Below, piece after piece: positions 58,321 to 64,000 of a DNA stretch of 64,000 nt (positions within the stretch are counted from its first letter, which is position 1; every line of letters starts with the position of its first letter). The stretch spans positions 736,001 through 800,000 of the forward strand of contig OZ257142.1 in the NCBI GenBank assembly GCA_965279035.1. The letters are read 5' to 3'. This DNA is from Bacteroidia bacterium (GTDB lineage Bacteria; Bacteroidota; Bacteroidia; M30B66). Position numbers and translations under genes: made by a program. The notes under the pieces are model-generated. The model had not been told where the DNA came from. It ran no database searches and saw nothing but the letters and a program-made list of their open reading frames with translations.

Positions 58321-59955
58321 ATGAAAAATCTTCTCCCCAAATCAGCTTTAAGTCGTGATCTCTTATTTTTAGGAATTCTATTATTGATTTCACTTTTCTA
58401 TGATTATCAGCATATTCTTTTTTACCGTCCACAAGGAATACATGCTTGGCGTCAAACAGATTGTCTTTCGCTAACCTATAGTTATTACAAAGAAAACGCT
58501 CCTTTTTTAGAGCCCCAACTTCATATCCAATTTAGTGATCATCAAACGAGTGGAAAAACATTGGGAGAATTTCCAATTCTCTATTATTTCATTGGAAATC
58601 TTTGGAAGATATTCGGGCATCAAGAATACATCTACCGCTTATTTGTTTTGTTGCTTAGTTACCTCGGATTATTCTGTTTATATCGAATTTCCTGGAAACT
58701 CACGAATAATTGGTTTTTAGCTGTATCAGCTCCAGTAATCCTTTTAAGCTCTCCCATATTTGCTTTTTATGCAGCAAATTTTTTAACCAATATTCCAGCT
58801 CTTAGTTTTCTGCTTATCGCTTGGTATTTTATGGTTCGCTATTTTGAAGCGAAGAAAATGCGACATTTTTATTGGGCTCTATTCTTTTTCTGTTTGACCG
58901 GATTACTGAAAGCTTCAACCTTGATGAGCTTTATGCTTCTTCCGCTTGCCTTAGTTCTTGAATTCACTGGGATTTATAAAATAAATAAAGACCAAAAACT
59001 TTTTGATAAACCGATCATTCAAGGAATTCTGATGCTTTTGATGTTTGGATTGGTGATGAGTTGGTACCAATATGCCGATTATTATATGTCGATACATGAA
59101 GGCCGATATACTTTCACAAAGCCAGTTACTTATTGGGGAGCACCCAAGGAATTAACCGATATCTATTTTTTGCATTTTAAAGAATCTTTATTGCCTCAAA
59201 TCCATCGTGTTGTTACGTTAAGCTTGATATTATTATCGGCTGTTTTTCTATTCATTCGATTCCGAAAAGTTGAAAAATATTGGTTAATCGGGATACCTAT
59301 TTTATTGATTGGATATGTGTTTTTTGTGCTTTTATTTATTTACAGTTTAGATGGACATGATTATTACCACATCGATTTTTTAGCGGTACTTATTTTTATC
59401 TATTTAGCATTTATACACTATTTAAGTAAGGAAGAAAAAGGATTACTGAGTTCTCCTATTTTCATGAGTTTATTTACTCTATTCCTTGTTTTTAATGTGA
59501 TGGGTTGTGCTAATAATTTACATGTTCGCTATCATAACTGTCCGGAAATTGACTTGCCTTACAGACAAAATTTTTGCAGTAAAAAAGAGGTAGATTTGTT
59601 AGGATATCCTCAATGGCAAAGTGATATTATGAAGACTTATGGCACGGTTGAGCCTTATTTACGTAAAGCTGGAATTACGAGAGAAGATCGATTTTTATCG
59701 ATGGACGATGGTTCATTTAATATTACGCTTTACTTGATGGATCAAAAAGGTTGGCCCAACATGGATGGCTCTTTAGGCGATAGCATTAAGGTGATGGACA
59801 AAATTCATTTGGGTGCAAAATTTATGATTATGCACAAACCGGAAACAATAGAACAAGCTTGGTTAAAGCCCTTTATGAGTCATCCCTTTTTGACTTATGA
59901 AAATCTTCAAATTTTTGATCTTCGTCCTTTGAATGTAGTAGAAAAGAAGAGTTAA
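58321..59955 (+). CDS. GT-C fold glycosyltransferase (ArnT/PMT family 39-like)
   Basis: H.WRQTD, GEFPILY, YIYRL motifs and about 12 TM helices. Start at ATG 58321. Confidence 0.75.
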   Translation: MKNLLPKSALSRDLLFLGILLLISLFYDYQHILFYRPQGIHAWRQTDCLSLTYSYYKENAPFLEPQLHIQFSDHQTSGKTLGEFPILYYFIGNLWKIFGHQEYIYRLFVLLLSYLGLFCLYRISWKLTNNWFLAVSAPVILLSSPIFAFYAANFLTNIPALSFLLIAWYFMVRYFEAKKMRHFYWALFFFCLTGLLKASTLMSFMLLPLALVLEFTGIYKINKDQKLFDKPIIQGILMLLMFGLVMSWYQYADYYMSIHEGRYTFTKPVTYWGAPKELTDIYFLHFKESLLPQIHRVVTLSLILLSAVFLFIRFRKVEKYWLIGIPILLIGYVFFVLLFIYSLDGHDYYHIDFLAVLIFIYLAFIHYLSKEEKGLLSSPIFMSLFTLFLVFNVMGCANNLHVRYHNCPEIDLPYRQNFCSKKEVDLLGYPQWQSDIMKTYGTVEPYLRKAGITREDRFLSMDDGSFNITLYLMDQKGWPNMDGSLGDSIKVMDKIHLGAKFMIMHKPETIEQAWLKPFMSHPFLTYENLQIFDLRPLNVVEKKS

Positions 59956-61502
59956 AGACTAATTGGAATATTGAAATAGCTTACTAATTCCAAGATTGTT
60001 TGTTGAATTACTTGTCTACTATTGTGCTGTCCAGCGCGTTGGTAGTTTTCTTGAATCTTTTTGAGGTATTGTTTTCGTTGACTACTCAACCACTGCGAAA
60101 CATAATAATAGGTGTGAATTTCGAGGTCGTTTTCGGAATTCACCACTCGACCTTTTGATAATTTTATGTAGCGTTTATAGGTTTCAACACACATTTTAAA
60201 ATCATCCAAAGCAAAATATCCTAACATTAAGCAAATGAAAATACTATCCATCGATTCCGAAAAGGTAATCTGCTGATAGGTTGTCATTAATTTCTCCAAA
60301 TTATCAACGCCACGTTCAATATCTGAATGATCTCCGAGTAGCAATAATGCTGACCAAGTAAGTCTGAAATGTATGAGGTCATTTACGTGATCAGGTTCCC
60401 AAATATCTTTTCGGATAAGTTCTTCGCATCGCATCGCTAAGCGTGTAATGTCTTGCCGATCATCAACTGGAATAACATTTCTAAAATCAACGCGGTGATT
60501 AATACTATGATATCGTGATAAATAATAGGTCGATTTAATAGTAATAGCGTAGAGTTCTGGGATGTTCACATAGTTTTCCCAGAATTTAAGGAAACGATTA
60601 TGTAGCAACATTTTTTGATATTCTGCTTTCCCTTCTTTACTACTTAAATCGGTTGTACTTAAGTTGAGTTTATAAAATAGGAATTTGCTGTAAATGTCTT
60701 CCATGAAAGGCATTACAATCGTTTGATTCTTATTTAATTCCTCATCAAAATCGGCAATCTCTCGTTGAGTTCTTTCGGTTAAATATTCTGTTGGGCGGTA
60801 GTAATAAAGAAGAAAGAAGCGTGAGTATTTACTTAATATTCGAATGGATGGTTCAGAATGCTCATGAAACTTTCTCAAATAATCAAAATGCTTATCGATA
60901 GATTGTAAAACAGAATCATCTTTTACACTGATATTGAAGTTTTTTCGGATATATAAGTAAAGATCGTTGATCGTACTTTCGTATTGAAGGATTTCTTGGA
61001 TTCGAGTATAAATTCGCACTGTTTCGGAATGCGACTTATACATTTGACTTTGTTGAGCAAGAAATTTTAGTGTTTGTATTTGAGTTGAATAGTCATAAAT
61101 CCGTTCGGCTACATCCAATAAAATATCAGCTAGAATATTGGCTTCGTGTAGATTACCTTCATTAATAAGGCGTTCAATTCTGCTAATATTGTGAACCAAA
61201 TAATTCGGATAATTTCTGCTTAAATAGGCCGATAATCTAAACGTATGAGATGCAAGTTGATTGAAACTTTTACGTGTTTGAACATCATGACTGCCGTATA
61301 CTTTGGAGCAAAGTTCATCGGATGTCAAAGACTCAACCAATGAATCATCAATTGATTCAACCAAACGCAAAGGAATATTTGCTTTTATTTCGGTTAAGTA
61401 GTTTGCAAATTCACTTCTATGAAATGGATCAAGAAGTTTTATCAATTTCTGAATGGTTAGAAATTGAGGCCGATTGGGTTTTAATTCTTCAACAGAAGTC
61501 AT
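59952..61502 (-). CDS. Hypothetical alpha-helical protein
   Basis: Uninterrupted 516 aa ORF, co-oriented with and 42 nt downstream of dnaG; no motif recognised. Confidence 0.7.
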   Translation of the reverse strand: MTSVEELKPNRPQFLTIQKLIKLLDPFHRSEFANYLTEIKANIPLRLVESIDDSLVESLTSDELCSKVYGSHDVQTRKSFNQLASHTFRLSAYLSRNYPNYLVHNISRIERLINEGNLHEANILADILLDVAERIYDYSTQIQTLKFLAQQSQMYKSHSETVRIYTRIQEILQYESTINDLYLYIRKNFNISVKDDSVLQSIDKHFDYLRKFHEHSEPSIRILSKYSRFFLLYYYRPTEYLTERTQREIADFDEELNKNQTIVMPFMEDIYSKFLFYKLNLSTTDLSSKEGKAEYQKMLLHNRFLKFWENYVNIPELYAITIKSTYYLSRYHSINHRVDFRNVIPVDDRQDITRLAMRCEELIRKDIWEPDHVNDLIHFRLTWSALLLLGDHSDIERGVDNLEKLMTTYQQITFSESMDSIFICLMLGYFALDDFKMCVETYKRYIKLSKGRVVNSENDLEIHTYYYVSQWLSSQRKQYLKKIQENYQRAGQHNSRQVIQQTILELVSYFNIPISL

Positions 61503-61544
61503 TGGGAAATATACTAAGAAGAAAATAATAGTTCAACAGAATAG

Positions 61545-63533
61545 CTAGAGAATAACATATGAAAGTTGGCTAGCGAGTTCCATTTTTGCTTTTTGAAGCG
61601 CCATATATTCCTGAAGAGCTTCAATCATTAAATCCTCATCGAGAGGTTCTTTCATGCGTTTATTAAGTTCGTTGAGCATTCCAATCACCCTTCTTAATTT
61701 ATAAGAGTAAACGGCACTTAATACCATTTTCCTCATCAATTGTTCTTCATCGGTAATGTAAATCTGATGTTTTTCTTTCCAATGTTCGCTCAATGTATGA
61801 GGATTACTAGTTAGATCAATTGCTTTAGAAGAAATTTCATGGTCTTGGTGATGAAGGAAAAAACTTTCTGAAGGATAATCGTTTTCTCCTAATTCTGTAA
61901 ATGAAAGGAAAATGCGATTCAACAAAGGATTCAATGGAGTTAATTCATCGTTCAATAATTCTTGAAGAATAAAATCACCCACTCGTAATTGAAAATCTTG
62001 TTTGTTGCCTTGTTCATCAGGTTGATGAAAAACGATTGTTTCATTGGCAAAACGAATCATGATTCTGATAATATCAGATTCCTGAGCCGAACCTGCTAAG
62101 GCAACAATTTCTTCTTGATCTGAATTTGCATCAGAAATGGATTCTGTTTCAGCCCAAAAATCATGTGGAGGTAAATCACTATTTTCTTGTGAAGTTGATT
62201 CTCGTTCTCTATCCCGTTCTATTTTTTTGCGGTTATTTTTAACCTGATTATTTAATTCCAGTATCAAGGTTTGTTCATCCATTTCGAGCTTTGCAGCACA
62301 TTTTCGAATGTATAATGAACGTAAAATTGGATCCGGAATTAAAGAAAGTGAATGAATAATTTCACGAATCATTTCGGCTGTTTTAATCGGATCACCTTTC
62401 GTGTCTTCTTGTAAAACAGAGGTTTTAAATTCAATAAAATCTTTCGATTCTTGACGAATATATTCTTTTACAAAAACAGGAGAATTGTTTCGTGCAAAGG
62501 AATCTGGATCTTCTCCTTCGGGAAACAAAACCACTTTCACATTCATTCCCTGTTCTAAAATCATGTCGAGTCCACGGAATGAAGCTTTTATTCCTGCTGG
62601 ATCTCCATCATATAAAATGGTGACGTTTTTTGTATAACGCTGAATGATTTTTACTTGATCGGCTGTAAGCGAAGTTCCGGATGATGAAACCACATTTTCG
62701 ATCCCTGCTTGATGCATCGAAATTACATCAGTATACCCTTCAACCAATAAAGCTTCATCCTGATTCATGATGGCTTTTCGGGCGTGAAAAATTCCATATA
62801 AAACGGAACTTTTGTGATACACATCCGACTCAGGTGAGTTGAGGTATTTTGCTTGCTTTTTATCGTTGATTAAAATTCGGCCACCAAATCCAATCACTTT
62901 TCCACTCAAATTCTGAATAGGGAAAATCACTCTGTTTTTAAAACGATCGAATTGCTTTCCTTCTTTATCGATTGTTAATCCAACACGAACTAAAAAGTCC
63001 ATATTGTAACCAGCTTCACGGGCGGCATCGCTTAATGTTGACCAGCCTTCTGGATGAAATCCGAGTTCAAATTTGCGAATGGTTTCATCGGTAAAGCCCC
63101 GCTCACGGAAATACGAGAGTGCAATGGTTCTTCCTGCTTCCGTTTCCCATAATTGATCTTTATAAAATTGTGTAGCCCATTGATTGACGAGCAACAGCGA
63201 TTCTCGTTCTTGAATTTCCTGTTTTACTTCATCTGTTTGAGCTTCTTCCTCAACATCAATCTGATATTTTTTGGCCAAGTATCGTATTGCCTCAGGATAA
63301 CTTAATTTCTCAAGTTCCATAACAAATCGAACCGAATTGCCAGCTTGCCCACAACCGAAACACTTGTAAATACCACGTGTTGGAGAAACATTGAATGAAG
63401 GTGATTTCTCATTGTGAAAAGGACATAGCCCAATCATACTCGAGCCACGTCGTTTTAGTGAGACAAAATCGCCAACCACTTCTTCGATACGTGCCGAGTC
63501 CATGACTTTATCAATGGTACGACGTGAAATCAT
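61545..63533 (-). CDS. dnaG: DNA primase
   Basis: CPFHNEKSPSF...CFGC Zn finger, KYLNSPES, VEGYTDV and YDGDPAG motifs. Confidence 0.98.
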   Translation of the reverse strand: MISRRTIDKVMDSARIEEVVGDFVSLKRRGSSMIGLCPFHNEKSPSFNVSPTRGIYKCFGCGQAGNSVRFVMELEKLSYPEAIRYLAKKYQIDVEEEAQTDEVKQEIQERESLLLVNQWATQFYKDQLWETEAGRTIALSYFRERGFTDETIRKFELGFHPEGWSTLSDAAREAGYNMDFLVRVGLTIDKEGKQFDRFKNRVIFPIQNLSGKVIGFGGRILINDKKQAKYLNSPESDVYHKSSVLYGIFHARKAIMNQDEALLVEGYTDVISMHQAGIENVVSSSGTSLTADQVKIIQRYTKNVTILYDGDPAGIKASFRGLDMILEQGMNVKVVLFPEGEDPDSFARNNSPVFVKEYIRQESKDFIEFKTSVLQEDTKGDPIKTAEMIREIIHSLSLIPDPILRSLYIRKCAAKLEMDEQTLILELNNQVKNNRKKIERDRERESTSQENSDLPPHDFWAETESISDANSDQEEIVALAGSAQESDIIRIMIRFANETIVFHQPDEQGNKQDFQLRVGDFILQELLNDELTPLNPLLNRIFLSFTELGENDYPSESFFLHHQDHEISSKAIDLTSNPHTLSEHWKEKHQIYITDEEQLMRKMVLSAVYSYKLRRVIGMLNELNKRMKEPLDEDLMIEALQEYMALQKAKMELASQLSYVIL

Positions 63534-63659
63534 TTGCTGCGAATATACATTGCAAGCACCGTGTTTTCATACAGCATTTGTTAGTATAAATCAGACAGAT
63601 TTAAAACTATTTACAATCAAGCACGAAAGGTAAGATACAAGTTTTACTTTTGCCCCTCA

Positions 63660-64000
63660 ATGCTTAACCTCGAACAGATAAAAGCTCCTATTTCGGAGGA
63701 AATGGAAGTCTTCGAACGCAAATTTCGCGATTCGATGAAAAGCTCTGTCCCTTTGCTCGAGAAAATCACCTATTACATCGTTAAACGAAAAGGGAAACAA
63801 ATTCGTCCCATGTTTGTGTTTTTGTCGGCAGGAATTTGTGGAGGAATTAAGGAAAGTACCTATCGAGCAGCATCCATGATTGAATTGTTGCATACAGCAA
63901 CCTTGGTGCATGATGATGTGGTAGATGATTCGAATGAACGTCGTGGATTTTTCTCCGTGAATGCTTTATGGAAGAATAAAATTGCAGTATTAGTTGGTGA
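63660..64000 (+). CDS. Polyprenyl synthetase (IspB-like), runs off the window end
   Basis: Not in the ORF track. Translated by hand from ATG 63660: MLNLEQIKAPISEEM...KGKQIRPM...IELLHTATLVHDDVVDDSNERRG (DDxxD motif). Confidence 0.93.
   Translation, partial: MLNLEQIKAPISEEMEVFERKFRDSMKSSVPLLEKITYYIVKRKGKQIRPMFVFLSAGICGGIKESTYRAASMIELLHTATLVHDDVVDDSNERRGFFSVNALWKNKIAVLVG

Noticed and set aside
63657-63911. 84 aa minus-strand ORF
   Set aside because: It is antisense to the polyprenyl synthetase gene starting at 63660.

Overview
Gene-dense, AT-rich chromosomal window from a Bacteroidota bacterium. The assignment rests on TAnnTTTG promoter boxes, T9SS C-terminal domains, the nadK-DUF6089-uppS-bamA-skp-skp-murI operon and the lptD/amidase/mlaD cluster. 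Most genes are housekeeping or envelope genes (lptD, lpxD, wzx/wzz/O-antigen ligase-like, rho, mpl, trpS, pdxJ, hutH, hisS, uvrA, dnaG, a partial polyprenyl synthase). I saw no rRNA, tRNA, CRISPR array or transposase. Six features stand out. (1) A ~610 bp cassette (1546-2158) has a four-helix-bundle (IVS/Avd-like) gene bracketed by mutually inverted arrays of the heptamer AATTACG/CGTAATT, sitting between the two halves of a split Fe-S oxidoreductase. (2) A cobalamin-riboswitch operon carries two putative B12-binding proteins with T9SS secretion tails. (3) A gingipain resembles RgpB closely. (4) Rho has a Q/N/P-rich insertion and a possibly structured leader. (5) The divergent hsp20/Zn-peptidase promoter region has twin sigma54-like boxes and GACA repeats. 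(6) A perfect Shine-Dalgarno sequence precedes an ECF sigma gene. All product calls come from recognising motifs by eye; no database searches were run.
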